DNA of 64,000 bases from an uncultured Prevotella sp. Lineage in GTDB: Bacteria > Bacteroidota > Bacteroidia > Bacteroidales > Bacteroidaceae. The notes beneath the pieces are model-generated. The model was not told the DNA's origin. It worked only from the letters and a program-made list of their open reading frames with translations, and did no database searches. A program made the translations under genes and the position numbers. Positions within the stretch are counted from its first letter, which is position 1, and every line of letters starts with the position of its first letter. The stretch spans positions 237 to 64,236 of the forward strand of contig CAKZVT010000031.1 in NCBI GenBank assembly GCA_937922435.1. The letters are read 5' to 3'. This document shows positions 31,825 to 41,324 of the stretch, one piece after another.

Positions 31825-33360
31825 ATGATATTAAATATTGTAATTGCCGTGGTCGCCCTTGTATTGGGTGGACTTGCGGGGTATGGTATTTTCAGGTATG
31901 TCATTACCGGGAAATATAAAGAGATGGTAAGTGCCGCCGAGAAAGAAGCGGATGTGTTGAAAGAGAAAAAACTGCTTGAGGTAAAGGAGAAATTCCTTAA
32001 CAAGAAGTCAGAACTGGAGAAAGAGGTGCAGGCACGCAACCAGAAAATCCAGCAGAGCGAGAACAGGCTCAAGCAGCGTGAAATCTCATTGAACCAAAGG
32101 CAGGAAGAACTTGGCCGGCGGAAGCAAGACATCGACCAGCAGCAGCAACGTGTTGACAGCGAGAAAAAGCTCATACAAATGCGTCAGGACGAGCTTGACA
32201 AGATGCAGCTGCAGGAGCGTGCCAAACTTGAAGAACTTTCAGGACTTAGTGCGGAAGAGGCTAAGAACCGCCTCGTGGAGAGCCTTAAGGACGAGGCTCG
32301 CACCGATGCTGCAAGCTATATAAACGAAATCATGGACGAGGCGAAGCTCAACGCCAACGCCCAGGCTAAGAAAATAGTAATCCAGACAATACAGCGCGTT
32401 GCTACGGAGACGGCCATCGAGAACTCCGTGAGCGTGTTCCACATCGACAACGACGAGGTAAAGGGCCGCATCATTGGCCGTGAGGGTCGTAACATACGCG
32501 CCCTTGAGGCCGCTACGGGCGTTGAGATTGTAGTCGACGACACGCCGGAGGCAATTGTTATTTCTGCTTTCGACCCTATCCGCCGCGAGGTCTGCCGTCT
32601 TGCCCTTCATCAGCTTGTGGCCGACGGGCGCATCCATCCGGCACGTATCGAGGAGGTTGTAGCAAAGGTTAAGAAGCAGCTTGACAACGAGGTAATCGAG
32701 ACCGGCAAGCGCACGGCCATCGACCTTGGCATACACGGCCTGCATCCCGAGCTTATCCGCATAATAGGCAAGATGAAATACCGTTCAAGCTACGGCCAGA
32801 ACCTTCTGCAGCACGCACGCGAGACGGCCAACCTCTGCGCCGTAATGGCATCGGAGCTCGGGCTTAACCCGAAGAAGGCGAAGCGCGCCGGACTGCTGCA
32901 CGACATCGGAAAAGTGCCCGATGAGGAGAGCGAACTGCCCCACGCACTTTACGGAGCGAAAATCGCGGAGAAGTACAAGGAGAAGCCCGACATCGTGAAC
33001 GCCATCGGAGCGCACCACGACGAAATGGAGATGAACACGCTGCTTGCGCCCATCGTGCAGGTATGCGACGCCATAAGCGGCGCACGTCCAGGTGCCCGCC
33101 GCGAGATTGTTGAGGCTTATATCAAGCGTCTCAACGACCTTGAGGCCATCGCGATGAGCTATCCTGGAGTGACGAAGACTTACGCCATACAGGCAGGACG
33201 CGAGCTCCGCGTCATCGTAGGGGCGGACAAGATGGACGACAAGGAGACCGAGAAGCTGTCTGGCGAAATCGCAACGAAAATACAGAACGAGATGACTTAC
33301 CCCGGACAGGTAAAGATTACCGTCATCCGCGAAACGCGCAGCGTGGCTTACGCAAAGTAA
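31825..33360 (+). CDS. rny: ribonuclease Y
   Basis: 511 aa with an N-terminal TM helix, a long charged coiled coil, a KH domain ([15 protein letters not shown]), and an HD domain (LLHDIGK...GAHH). Confidence 0.95.
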   Translation: MILNIVIAVVALVLGGLAGYGIFRYVITGKYKEMVSAAEKEADVLKEKKLLEVKEKFLNKKSELEKEVQARNQKIQQSENRLKQREISLNQRQEELGRRKQDIDQQQQRVDSEKKLIQMRQDELDKMQLQERAKLEELSGLSAEEAKNRLVESLKDEARTDAASYINEIMDEAKLNANAQAKKIVIQTIQRVATETAIENSVSVFHIDNDEVKGRIIGREGRNIRALEAATGVEIVVDDTPEAIVISAFDPIRREVCRLALHQLVADGRIHPARIEEVVAKVKKQLDNEVIETGKRTAIDLGIHGLHPELIRIIGKMKYRSSYGQNLLQHARETANLCAVMASELGLNPKKAKRAGLLHDIGKVPDEESELPHALYGAKIAEKYKEKPDIVNAIGAHHDEMEMNTLLAPIVQVCDAISGARPGARREIVEAYIKRLNDLEAIAMSYPGVTKTYAIQAGRELRVIVGADKMDDKETEKLSGEIATKIQNEMTYPGQVKITVIRETRSVAYAK

Positions 33361-33394
33361 ACAAAGCATAAAATCAGTGCTTTAACATAACAAA

Positions 33395-33432
33395 CAAAGG
33401 CCGCTTTACGTTATTAAGTAAGGCGGCCTTTG
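33395..33432 (+). terminator. terminator after rny
   Basis: Stem caaaggccgc...gcggcctttg, extendable with one mismatch, followed by tcgtt. Confidence 0.6.
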
Positions 33433-33471
33433 TCGTTATATAAAGGTTGAATGTGTTTTCACCACATTTTA

Positions 33472-33903
33472 ATGAAAGATAAAGAACAGCGAAATATGAC
33501 ACTGAAAGACTTTCTTAACCAAGGCGACCGCTTCGCCGCAAACGCCGGAGCACAGATAATAGAGGTACGCGAGGGCTACGCACGTGCCGAGATGACCGTT
33601 ACCCGTGAACATCTTAACGCCGGAGGCGTGTGCCAGGGTGGGGCGTTGTTCACGCTGGCCGACATCGCCCTCGCCGCCGTGATGAACTCGCACGGCAAAC
33701 TTACGTTCAGCATCGAGAGCACAATCTCGTTCCTCCGTTCGGCCGTAGAGGGCGACGTGCTCACGGCCGAGGCCGTCGAGACGCACAGCCATCACAAAAT
33801 ACCTTACCTTGAAGTGAAGGTGCGCAATCAGCACGATGAGCTTGTATGCGCTTTCACAGCGCTTGCTTACAGGAAGGACAGGGAGTTGAAAACAGACAAA
33901 TGA
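33472..33903 (+). CDS. PaaI-family hotdog-fold thioesterase
   Basis: Contains NAGGVCQGGALFTLADIALAAV, typical of PaaI/YigI-like thioesterases. The start is ambiguous: ATG 33472 or 33496, and the track's 33451 is less likely. Confidence 0.75.
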   Translation: MKDKEQRNMTLKDFLNQGDRFAANAGAQIIEVREGYARAEMTVTREHLNAGGVCQGGALFTLADIALAAVMNSHGKLTFSIESTISFLRSAVEGDVLTAEAVETHSHHKIPYLEVKVRNQHDELVCAFTALAYRKDRELKTDK

Positions 33904-33984
33904 CGTAAACCGACAATTGCAGTGATACTGCGGAAAAACGTTAGTTCATCGTTCCCTGTTGTGAAGTTGTCGTATTTTAGCTTG

Positions 33985-34050
33985 TAATAGGTGGCCTTTT
34001 GCACGTTAAAAGGACACCTTTTGCAAACCAAAATGCGGCCTTTTGCAAGT
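33985..34050 (+). repeat. 22-bp tandem mini-palindrome array (copy 3)
   Basis: Units: taataggtggccttttgcacgt / taaaaggacaccttttgcaaac / caaaatgcggccttttgcaagt. Confidence 0.85.
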
Positions 34051-34225
34051 GTATGTTAATGCGTTGATTTCCAATGGTTTATCTGCGCTGTTTAAAGCAC
34101 ATGGCCTTTGCCGTCTTTATTTGATAAAGACACAGTTGCCGTATTTGTGATTTGGACAAAATATAATCTGTGAAATTGGTATAAACTTCGGTTGTTTGTT
34201 TATGCGCCGCATGGCTTTTTTGCAC

Positions 34226-34233
34226 TATATTTG
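34226..34233 (+). promoter_or_regulatory. -7 promoter box for the flavodoxin-like gene
   Basis: TATATTTG, 24 nt upstream of ATG 34257. Confidence 0.5.
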
Positions 34234-34256
34234 CAATGTATTAAAATGAAAAGGTT

Positions 34257-34793
34257 ATGAAGACAATCAGGACTTTGTTTACTTTTGTGGCCGCCGTTGC
34301 GGTATGTACTAACATTTGCGCCTGCCGTCAGGGCGGACAGCAGAAGACTGAAGACAAGGCGGAGGCCAAGGGCAAGACGCTCGTGGCTTACTTCTCGGCC
34401 ACGGGGACGACGGCGCGCGCCGCGCAGCAGATTGCCAAAGAGACAGGCGGCGAGCTGTACGAGATTGCTCCGGCGCAGCCATACACGGCGGCGGACTTGG
34501 ACTGGAACGACAAGCAGTCGCGCTCGTCGGTGGAGATGAACGACCCGAAGAGCCGCCCGGCGTTGAAGGCAAAGAAGGCCGACATCGGCAGCTACGACAC
34601 TATTTACCTTGGCTACCCGATTTGGTGGGGCGTGGCTCCGCGCATCATCAACACGTTCATCGAGAGCCACGACCTGTGTGGCAAGCGCGTGTTGCCGTTC
34701 GCCACGTCGGGCGGTAGCGGCATAGAGCGCAGCGTCGAGGAACTTGAGGCGGCTTACCCCGAGCTCGACTGGGGAGAAGGGAAGCTGTATTGA
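34257..34793 (+). CDS. flavodoxin-like protein with N-terminal signal/lipoprotein peptide
   Basis: 178 aa. MKTIRTLFTFVAAVAVCTNICAC is followed by a flavodoxin fold signature (TLVAYFSATGTT, GYPIWWG, PFATSGGSG). Confidence 0.75.
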   Translation: MKTIRTLFTFVAAVAVCTNICACRQGGQQKTEDKAEAKGKTLVAYFSATGTTARAAQQIAKETGGELYEIAPAQPYTAADLDWNDKQSRSSVEMNDPKSRPALKAKKADIGSYDTIYLGYPIWWGVAPRIINTFIESHDLCGKRVLPFATSGGSGIERSVEELEAAYPELDWGEGKLY

Positions 34794-34829
34794 GTTAAGT
34801 GTCGGTGATTAAATGTAAGGCAAACACCG

Positions 34830-37454
34830 TCAATCGAATATGAAATTCAGTATTCCGCGCATTATGACAGATTGTTTTTTCTCTGACGTAATGCACTCGA
34901 ACGGAAATCCCATGGTGAATGTGCGGTTGTCTTTGCCTTTGTAGGCAACGCATACCGAATGGCCGTTGCTTTCAGTCAAGGCGCAGAATGCGGGGGCGAC
35001 GGGACTTATCAGGTCTATTGACGTGGCTGCATAGTTGGCTTCGTTCAATGTAGTGTATATGTCGAACGATGTGCCCATGCCGGTCATCTTGTTTTCTTTC
35101 CCCGGACGTATCGAGCCGTTGTGTGATATGTGCAGTATGTCATTGATGAAGCGTGCCTCGTCTTTGCTCCTCATGTCGCTGCCTATGTAGGCGCCGCTTA
35201 CAATCAAGTTGCCTCCGTTGCCGGTATAGTCGGCAAGTGCGCTCCGCAGCCTCGGCGTAAATGTCTTGTATTGCCTGAGCGAGTAGCCGTCGTCTTTTTC
35301 CAGTCCGAGCAGCAAGTCTATGCATCCGTATTTGCTTAGGTCGGAGATTTGTTTGCCAATAGCGTATTTCGAGCAACTTGCAATGTTGAATTTGCCTGCG
35401 CTCATTATTGCCTTTGCGTGTACCGGGATGTATGCGAAGCTGTTGCCAGCGATGATGTGTCCGGCAAGTTCGTTGCCGCTGTAGCCGAGTCCGCCTTCCC
35501 CTTCTTTGCCGGCCATCTGCTTGTCGAAGCATATTTGCCGGCCTGAATATCCGAGCGTCTTGTCCATGCATACTCCCGGGTCGGCGTCGATGTTGAAGCC
35601 TTGGTGTGTGCTGTCGTTTACCGGTGCAGGTGCTGCAAGCCGTTGAAAACCGTTTACTATGAGTATTGTTTCGGTCGCGTTAGGGTTGTATAGCGCCGAA
35701 ACCACTTCCGAGGGGAAACTTTCGCCGCCTTCGTTGACGGCCGATATTTTGAAGTTGTACAGGGTGTTGGGCGCCAGTTTTACTTTGCATGCTGTGCCGT
35801 TTACCCGTATGCCGTTGTCAAATCCGTAATCGCCTATGGCCGTATAGAGGATGTATGACTTGGGCATTGCCGTTGGTTCCAGGGCGTCAGGCTGTGCATT
35901 CCATCGTATGATGATTGTGTCGCCGTTGTAGAATTCGGTGCAGGCGTTTACCGGTTCAAGTGGCGTCACTACATATTTGGTGTTGTGCCTTTCCGAGTTG
36001 AAACGCAAAATGGACTTGTAGATGCTGCGTGCAAGTGTGAAACGGAAGTTCGGGTCTTGCCCCATGAACATGTCGGGAAAGTTCTGGTGCGACAGTGTTT
36101 CTATGATAGCCGACGGTACTATGGGGCATCTTGTCTCGGCGTAGTTCCTGTCATACAGATACCTTTTGCTCCATCTGCCGTATGTTGAGGCTATATCCTT
36201 GTATGCGTTGTCAAGCAGCATTTTTGCGAATGTTTTTGATGTCTTGCGCGAGTGTCCTGATGCCAAAAGCCCGTTGCCTGTATTGGTGGTGCATATTGTC
36301 AGTGAGCCTACGAGCGATGAATAGTCTTTGGAATAACCGGCATCGCTGTGCACGGCCAAGGCCAACTCTATCGGGACGTTAAGCCCTTCTTCTCCAGGAG
36401 CAAAACATGAGCCTCCGGCGAGCCAGTTAGTCATGTACGGACGCGCGTAAATGTCTTCCCGGTAGTCGTCTGTCCCGTTTTTCGCCATGTAAACATTTTC
36501 CGGTGCGCCAGCCCATTGTGCGTAATAACGTGCGCCTTCAAGGCATTTGGGCAGTCCGCTTGTCTTGCCTTTACGCGCGATGATGCCCATTCCGCCGCCG
36601 AAGCGTACAGCGTCTGCCGTTACAACACCTTGGTAAGCGCTCTCGTTTGTCAGCACGACGCGGTTGTCTGAATTGCATCCTTTTGCGAAATCGAATGTCC
36701 CAAGATACACCCATGTGCCGCCGCCCATCCGTTGGTTGACGCTGAAAACGGTGCGCCGCCCTTTGTGGTGTACTATGTATTTGGCGTCGGGGACGCTTTT
36801 GCCGTGTGTGGGATAGCTTACGTAGACTGCGTACCGGCCTTCCTCCGTGAATCTTGGCTGGTATGATATTTCACATCCTTTCGAAGGCGAAGCCGTTGCC
36901 ATGCGTGCTGTTCCGTCCTTGAAGGGGTTGTCGTGACCTTCGTATGTTTTCTTGTTTGCGGCGAAACCTTTGGCTCCGGCGTCCGTCCACGCGCTGTTGA
37001 TGTTTATTTCCGTGTAGTATGGGAGTTTGACGGTGTCGTCGTTGTCCACTATGATTTCGTTTCTCTGCCAGTCTCGTTCACGCGGCGTGAATACCGTCGC
37101 CCCGGCATTTTCAAGCATCGGGATGAGGTAGGGCACTACGATGGTCTGTGTGAACAGGTCTTCGTTTGTGCAGAATATGTTAGGCCGCTGCCACCGCCAT
37201 GTGCCTTTGCCCTGGTCATAGAAACGTCCGTGGCTGGCCCATATCGACAGGTGCTTGTTTTTAAGTCCGTTGGTAATGTTTACAGGTTTTGATATGTTCT
37301 CCACCCATGGCAGTCCCTTGTATGTTATGTCGCGTTTTGTTTCTTTGACAGTCTTGCCTGTTTTCCCTGTATGTGAGGTTGATACGACATTGCGGTGTGT
37401 GCCGCATGATGCCAATAAGGCGCAGGCCAGTAATATGTATAAATGCTTTTTCAT
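34830..37454 (-). CDS. large lipoprotein of unknown function (contains an amidase_3-like AVHSDAG segment)
   Basis: ORF 34830..37658, trimmed to ATG 37454 (MKKHLYILLACALLASCG lipobox). It starts 2 nt after the stop of the upstream acyltransferase gene. The product assignment is weak. Confidence 0.7.
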   Translation of the reverse strand: MKKHLYILLACALLASCGTHRNVVSTSHTGKTGKTVKETKRDITYKGLPWVENISKPVNITNGLKNKHLSIWASHGRFYDQGKGTWRWQRPNIFCTNEDLFTQTIVVPYLIPMLENAGATVFTPRERDWQRNEIIVDNDDTVKLPYYTEININSAWTDAGAKGFAANKKTYEGHDNPFKDGTARMATASPSKGCEISYQPRFTEEGRYAVYVSYPTHGKSVPDAKYIVHHKGRRTVFSVNQRMGGGTWVYLGTFDFAKGCNSDNRVVLTNESAYQGVVTADAVRFGGGMGIIARKGKTSGLPKCLEGARYYAQWAGAPENVYMAKNGTDDYREDIYARPYMTNWLAGGSCFAPGEEGLNVPIELALAVHSDAGYSKDYSSLVGSLTICTTNTGNGLLASGHSRKTSKTFAKMLLDNAYKDIASTYGRWSKRYLYDRNYAETRCPIVPSAIIETLSHQNFPDMFMGQDPNFRFTLARSIYKSILRFNSERHNTKYVVTPLEPVNACTEFYNGDTIIIRWNAQPDALEPTAMPKSYILYTAIGDYGFDNGIRVNGTACKVKLAPNTLYNFKISAVNEGGESFPSEVVSALYNPNATETILIVNGFQRLAAPAPVNDSTHQGFNIDADPGVCMDKTLGYSGRQICFDKQMAGKEGEGGLGYSGNELAGHIIAGNSFAYIPVHAKAIMSAGKFNIASCSKYAIGKQISDLSKYGCIDLLLGLEKDDGYSLRQYKTFTPRLRSALADYTGNGGNLIVSGAYIGSDMRSKDEARFINDILHISHNGSIRPGKENKMTGMGTSFDIYTTLNEANYAATSIDLISPVAPAFCALTESNGHSVCVAYKGKDNRTFTMGFPFECITSEKKQSVIMRGILNFIFD

Positions 37455-37456
37455 TG

Positions 37457-38008
37457 TCAGTTGCCAGTGGTGAAAAGTTCGGGATGCCGCCCCTTGAAGC
37501 CTTTGAAGTAGTTTTTTACTTCTTCCATGTCTTTGCTTTGGTCTCCGCCCGGTGTAAGGCTTTTGGTGCATTGGATTAGCTTGCGGCTGTAATCGAGGCC
37601 ATATAGCAATATGGGTATGCCGGCTTTTGACGCAATATGGTAAAAGCCGGTTCGCCATTCCGGGTTCAGCGAGCGTGTTCCTTCAGGTGTTATGCAGAGC
37701 CGGAACTCTTTTCCCTGCATTGCGGCTTCCGCCAGTTGGTCGGTCATGCTTGTGTGCCTGTTCCTGCTTACGGGGATGCCTCCCACCTTTCTGAACAATA
37801 TGCCAAGCGGCCATACAAACCATTCTTTTTTCATGAGGAAGTTAATCCTCATGTTTTCGGCCTTGGCATACAGTTGTCCTAATATGAAATCGACGTTGCT
37901 TGTGTGTGGAGCCAGGCATATTATGAATTTGTCAGGATGCTTGATTGTGACTCTTTTCTCCCAACCCAGCACCCTGTACAGTATCCATCCGCAAAGTTTT
38001 TGAAGCAT
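37457..38008 (-). CDS. 1-acyl-sn-glycerol-3-phosphate acyltransferase family protein
   Basis: 183 aa with the HxxxxD catalytic motif (APHTSNVD) and ITPEGTRS block III. Confidence 0.8.
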   Translation of the reverse strand: MLQKLCGWILYRVLGWEKRVTIKHPDKFIICLAPHTSNVDFILGQLYAKAENMRINFLMKKEWFVWPLGILFRKVGGIPVSRNRHTSMTDQLAEAAMQGKEFRLCITPEGTRSLNPEWRTGFYHIASKAGIPILLYGLDYSRKLIQCTKSLTPGGDQSKDMEEVKNYFKGFKGRHPELFTTGN

Positions 38009-38027
38009 AAGGATTTGATAATCTGTT

Positions 38028-38297
38028 TCAGATGTTGGCTATGCTGTCGGTTATTTCTTCAATTTGTATGCGGAATTTGTCTTTCAGGTCTTTGAAGTAG
38101 GCTTTTGGCGGCATTCCCGGTTCGGTATGGGATATGCGGCAGACATAGTCGCGCTGCAATATTATTATTGACGCCAAGATGGCATTAAGCCCTTCCTGGT
38201 TTTTGCCTCCGTTGTACAATGATGCCGCGATGCACTCTGAAAAGAGGTCGCTGCAAATATAGTTGATAGCTTTTTTCAGTTCGCGTCTGTTTGCCAT
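38028..38297 (-). CDS. small hypothetical protein
   Basis: ORF 38028..38423, trimmed to ATG 38297 (MANRRELKKAINYICSDLF...). It is the first gene of a three-gene minus-strand string. Confidence 0.5.
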   Translation of the reverse strand: MANRRELKKAINYICSDLFSECIAASLYNGGKNQEGLNAILASIIILQRDYVCRISHTEPGMPPKAYFKDLKDKFRIQIEEITDSIANI

Positions 38298-38470
38298 ATG
38301 CTTAAATGTTTTATTGTTTGCCTGATGTTTTACGGTGCTGCAGACGTTGCCGGCGTGTTTGCGCATGGCGTGTCCGTATGCAGCTTGCCTTATGCAAATA
38401 TAAGAAATAATTTGTAAAAGCATGTGCCTGGCAGTGGAAAATCATCGTTTTTTTATCTTTTATTTGCTTG

Positions 38471-38582
38471 TCTGAAAATCGGCCGTTTTCCAAAAGGCCG
38501 TGTTTCGCATTGTAAAAGGCGGTCTTTTACCGTGCAAAAGGCCGTATTTCGGACGGCAAAAGGTGGCCTTTTGCGGCGGCCC
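38471..38582. repeat. 22-bp tandem mini-palindrome array (copy 4, four clean units)
   Basis: Units: caaaaggccgtgtttcgcattg / taaaaggcggtcttttaccgtg / caaaaggccgtatttcggacgg / caaaaggtggccttttgcggcgg. Confidence 0.9.
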
Positions 38583-38674
38583 TGTTTTTAGACTGAAATT
38601 TAGTTGAATTAAGGCTGTTTATTTTTTTCATGTTGATGATTTTTATTAAATTTGCACTGCCGAAAGAAAAAGGC

Positions 38675-38682
38675 TTACTTTG
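38675..38682 (+). promoter_or_regulatory. -7 promoter box for pfp
   Basis: TTACTTTG, 26 nt upstream of ATG 38708. A second candidate, TAAATTTG, lies at 38647. Confidence 0.4.
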
Positions 38683-38707
38683 AATAATTTAATTTAATTT
38701 TTTTGTC

Positions 38708-40348
38708 ATGGAAAAAAGCGTGTTGCAACAAGCCAGGATGGCTTACATCCCGAAGCTTCCGGAAGCACTCAAAGGATTGGTTAAGGTAAAAGAAGGTGCT
38801 CCGACACAAAGCGTAGACAATCAGGAAGATATCAAGCGGCTGTTCCCTAACACTTACGGGATGCCCGTTGTGGAGTTTGAGCCGAGCGATACGGAAAACA
38901 GCGACGTTACCAACGTTGGCGTAATACTTAGCGGAGGCCAGGCTCCTGGCGGACACAACGTGATAACGGGTCTGTTCGACACGCTCAAGAAGATGAACCC
39001 CGAGAATAAGCTGTACGGTTTCATCATGGGCCCCGGCGGTCTTGTGGACCACAAGTACATCGAAATAACCAAAGACTTCATCGACGGCTACCGTAACACC
39101 GGCGGATTCGACATGATTGGCTCTGGACGTACCAAGCTGGAGAAGGAAGAGCAGTTCGAGAAGGGGCTTGAAATAATACGTGAACTCAACATCAATGCGC
39201 TTGTCATCATCGGTGGCGACGACTCTAACACCAATGCCTGCGTCCTGGCAGAATATTATGCTGCGAAGAACTATGGAGTGCAAGTGATAGGATGCCCGAA
39301 GACCATCGACGGCGACCTGAAAAACAGTCAAATCGAGACTTCTTTCGGTTTCGATACGGCTACGAAGACATATTCCGAACTTATCGGCAACATCGAGCGC
39401 GACTGCAACTCGGCACGCAAGTACTGGCACTTCATCAAGCTCATGGGCCGTTCGGCAAGCCATATCGCCCTGGAGTGCGCACTGCAATGCCAGCCTAATG
39501 TCTGCCTCGTGTCAGAAGAGGTCAAGGCTAAGGACATGACGCTCAACCAGATTGTCGAGCATCTCTGCGAAGTCATAGCTTACCGTGCGTCGCAGGGCAA
39601 CAACTTCGGCGTAATCCTTGTTCCCGAGGGCTTGATAGAGTTCATACCTTCAGTAGGCAAGCTCATCGAAGAACTTAACGACCTGCTCGCTTCACACGGC
39701 GACGATTACAAGGGACTTGACCCCGTGGCGCAGCGTGAATACATCCTTGCACACCTGAGCGAAGGCAACAGGCAGACATTCTCCACATTGCCCGCAAACG
39801 TTGCACGCCAGTTGTCTTTGGACAGAGACCCCCATGGCAATGTGCAGGTGTCGCTCATCGAGACCGAAAAGCTGCTTTCAGACATGTGCGAAGCCAAGCT
39901 GGCCGAGTGGAAGAAGGAAGGCAAATATACAGGCAAGTTCTCGGCACTGCACCATTTCTTCGGCTACGAGGGACGTTGCGCAGCTCCTTCCAACTTTGAC
40001 GCCGACTATTGCTACGCATTGGGAACGAGCGCAGCCCACCTCATTGCGAACGGCAAGACCGGCTACATGGCAATCGTGCAGAACACCACTAAGCCTACAA
40101 GCGAGTGGAAGGCCGGCGGTGTGCCCATCACGATGATGATGAACATAGAGCGCAGGAACGGCGAGATGAAGCCCGTAATACGCAAGGCTTTGGTTGAGCT
40201 TGACGGCAATCCTTTCAAGGAACTTGTCAAGAACCGCGACAAGTGGGCAAAGGAAACCTGCTATGTATATCCCGGACCTATCCAGTATTGGGGACCGGCT
40301 GAGGTTTGCGACCAGCCTACCAAGACGCTAGCGTTGGAACAAGAATAA
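38708..40348 (+). CDS. pfp: diphosphate--fructose-6-phosphate 1-phosphotransferase (PPi-dependent PFK)
   Basis: 546 aa. GGDDSNTNA (Asp at the ATP/PPi discriminator position) and [10 protein letters not shown] (Lys discriminator) mark a PPi-dependent enzyme. Confidence 0.9.
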   Translation: MEKSVLQQARMAYIPKLPEALKGLVKVKEGAPTQSVDNQEDIKRLFPNTYGMPVVEFEPSDTENSDVTNVGVILSGGQAPGGHNVITGLFDTLKKMNPENKLYGFIMGPGGLVDHKYIEITKDFIDGYRNTGGFDMIGSGRTKLEKEEQFEKGLEIIRELNINALVIIGGDDSNTNACVLAEYYAAKNYGVQVIGCPKTIDGDLKNSQIETSFGFDTATKTYSELIGNIERDCNSARKYWHFIKLMGRSASHIALECALQCQPNVCLVSEEVKAKDMTLNQIVEHLCEVIAYRASQGNNFGVILVPEGLIEFIPSVGKLIEELNDLLASHGDDYKGLDPVAQREYILAHLSEGNRQTFSTLPANVARQLSLDRDPHGNVQVSLIETEKLLSDMCEAKLAEWKKEGKYTGKFSALHHFFGYEGRCAAPSNFDADYCYALGTSAAHLIANGKTGYMAIVQNTTKPTSEWKAGGVPITMMMNIERRNGEMKPVIRKALVELDGNPFKELVKNRDKWAKETCYVYPGPIQYWGPAEVCDQPTKTLALEQE

Positions 40349-40367
40349 TGTTTGAATAATGTATCTT

Positions 40368-40393
40368 AGGGGTGGTTTGTAAAAGCCACCCCT
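40368..40393 (+). terminator. short stem-loop after pfp
   Basis: 8-bp stem aggggtgg / ccacccct, 20 nt after the stop. Confidence 0.45.
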
Positions 40394-40405
40394 AATTTAA
40401 GCACA

Positions 40406-41278
40406 ATGGATAGAAGCCGTAATACGGGCGTACAGGGCAGGAGACACCCATCAGGTAGAAAGCGCAGGCATGGATTGCACCGCCGCAAGGGCGGTATTGG
40501 CTTTTTGCCGGCGGCATTGCGCCGTTATCCGAGGTGGGCTTGGTGGGTAGGTGGCCTGTGTGTCGTCGTTTTTTACGTGTGGATATTCTATTATGTGTTT
40601 GTCGGCCCGTTCGGTTTCCGCTGGAGGGCTTTGTACGGCGAAGCCAAATATCCCGAAGGATATGAAATACGCGGCATAGACATAAGCCACCATCAAGGTG
40701 AGATTGACTGGGAACTGTTGCGCAATGCGATGATTGAGAAATGTCCGCTCCGATTTATATTGATAAAGGCGACCGAGGGTACAAGCATAGTCGATTCAAG
40801 GTTCAAGGATAATTTTGCCCAGGCTAAGGAGTATGGGTTCATACGGGGGGCCTACCATTTCTGGAGCAACAAGTCTTCGGCGAGGGAACAGGCGTATTTC
40901 TTTCTTGACAATGTCGCCTTGAGAGACGGCGACCTTCCGCCTGTGCTAGACATTGAGAACAAGCCTAAGGACGTGAGTGTGGAGGACTTTCAGCGCGATG
41001 TGCTCACTTGGCTGCACATCGTTGAGGACAAGTATCACGTAAAGCCGATAATTTACACCTATTATAAATTCAAGATGAATTATCTTGACGCGCCTGTCTT
41101 TGATGATTATCCTTATTGGATAGCTCATTATTACGTTGACAAGGTGGAATATCCAGGCGAATGGAAGTTTTGGCAGCATACCGATGCAGGACGGCTGCCG
41201 GGCATCAACGGCTACGTTGATTTCAACATATACAACGGCAGCTATTACGACCTGCGCAAACTTACGATAGGCAATTGA
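40406..41278 (+). CDS. membrane-anchored glycoside hydrolase family 25 lysozyme/muramidase
   Basis: 290 aa with a basic N-terminus, a TM helix (WWVGGLCVVVFYVWIFYYVFV), and GH25 motifs GIDISHHQGEIDW, FIRGAYHFW and PPVLDIE. Confidence 0.85.
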   Translation: MDRSRNTGVQGRRHPSGRKRRHGLHRRKGGIGFLPAALRRYPRWAWWVGGLCVVVFYVWIFYYVFVGPFGFRWRALYGEAKYPEGYEIRGIDISHHQGEIDWELLRNAMIEKCPLRFILIKATEGTSIVDSRFKDNFAQAKEYGFIRGAYHFWSNKSSAREQAYFFLDNVALRDGDLPPVLDIENKPKDVSVEDFQRDVLTWLHIVEDKYHVKPIIYTYYKFKMNYLDAPVFDDYPYWIAHYYVDKVEYPGEWKFWQHTDAGRLPGINGYVDFNIYNGSYYDLRKLTIGN

Positions 41279-41324
41279 GGATGAAGCTAAAGGATGAATT
41301 CCGGCTGTTTGCCTTTTATGTAAA

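Noticed and set aside
34290-34700. GC-rich patch with ORFs open in several frames over the flavodoxin-like gene, as a possible horizontally acquired island
   Set aside because: The same multi-frame ORF clutter and G/C-ending codon bias are seen over glmS, fmt, rny and the nucleoside phosphorylase gene. It therefore looks like gene-level codon usage rather than foreign DNA. I could not compute GC content or codon statistics to settle it.
34830-37658. N-terminal extensions given by the ORF track (also 24684-26078, 18757-19854, 55307-56566, 54352-55293, 38028-38423, 59580-61997, 57385-57762)
   Set aside because: In each case an internal ATG gives a canonical N-terminus (signal peptide, lipobox or conserved family start). 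The upstream extension crosses promoter boxes, repeats or hairpins, and several track starts are TTG or GTG.
38491-38579. 22-bp tandem arrays as possible CRISPR arrays
   Set aside because: The units are contiguous with no unique spacers, number only 3-4 copies, and are far shorter than CRISPR repeats. No cas genes occur in the window.
38675-39487. 270-codon minus-strand ORF
   Set aside because: It is antisense to the 5' half of pfp and shows no recognisable domain. It is a shadow ORF.
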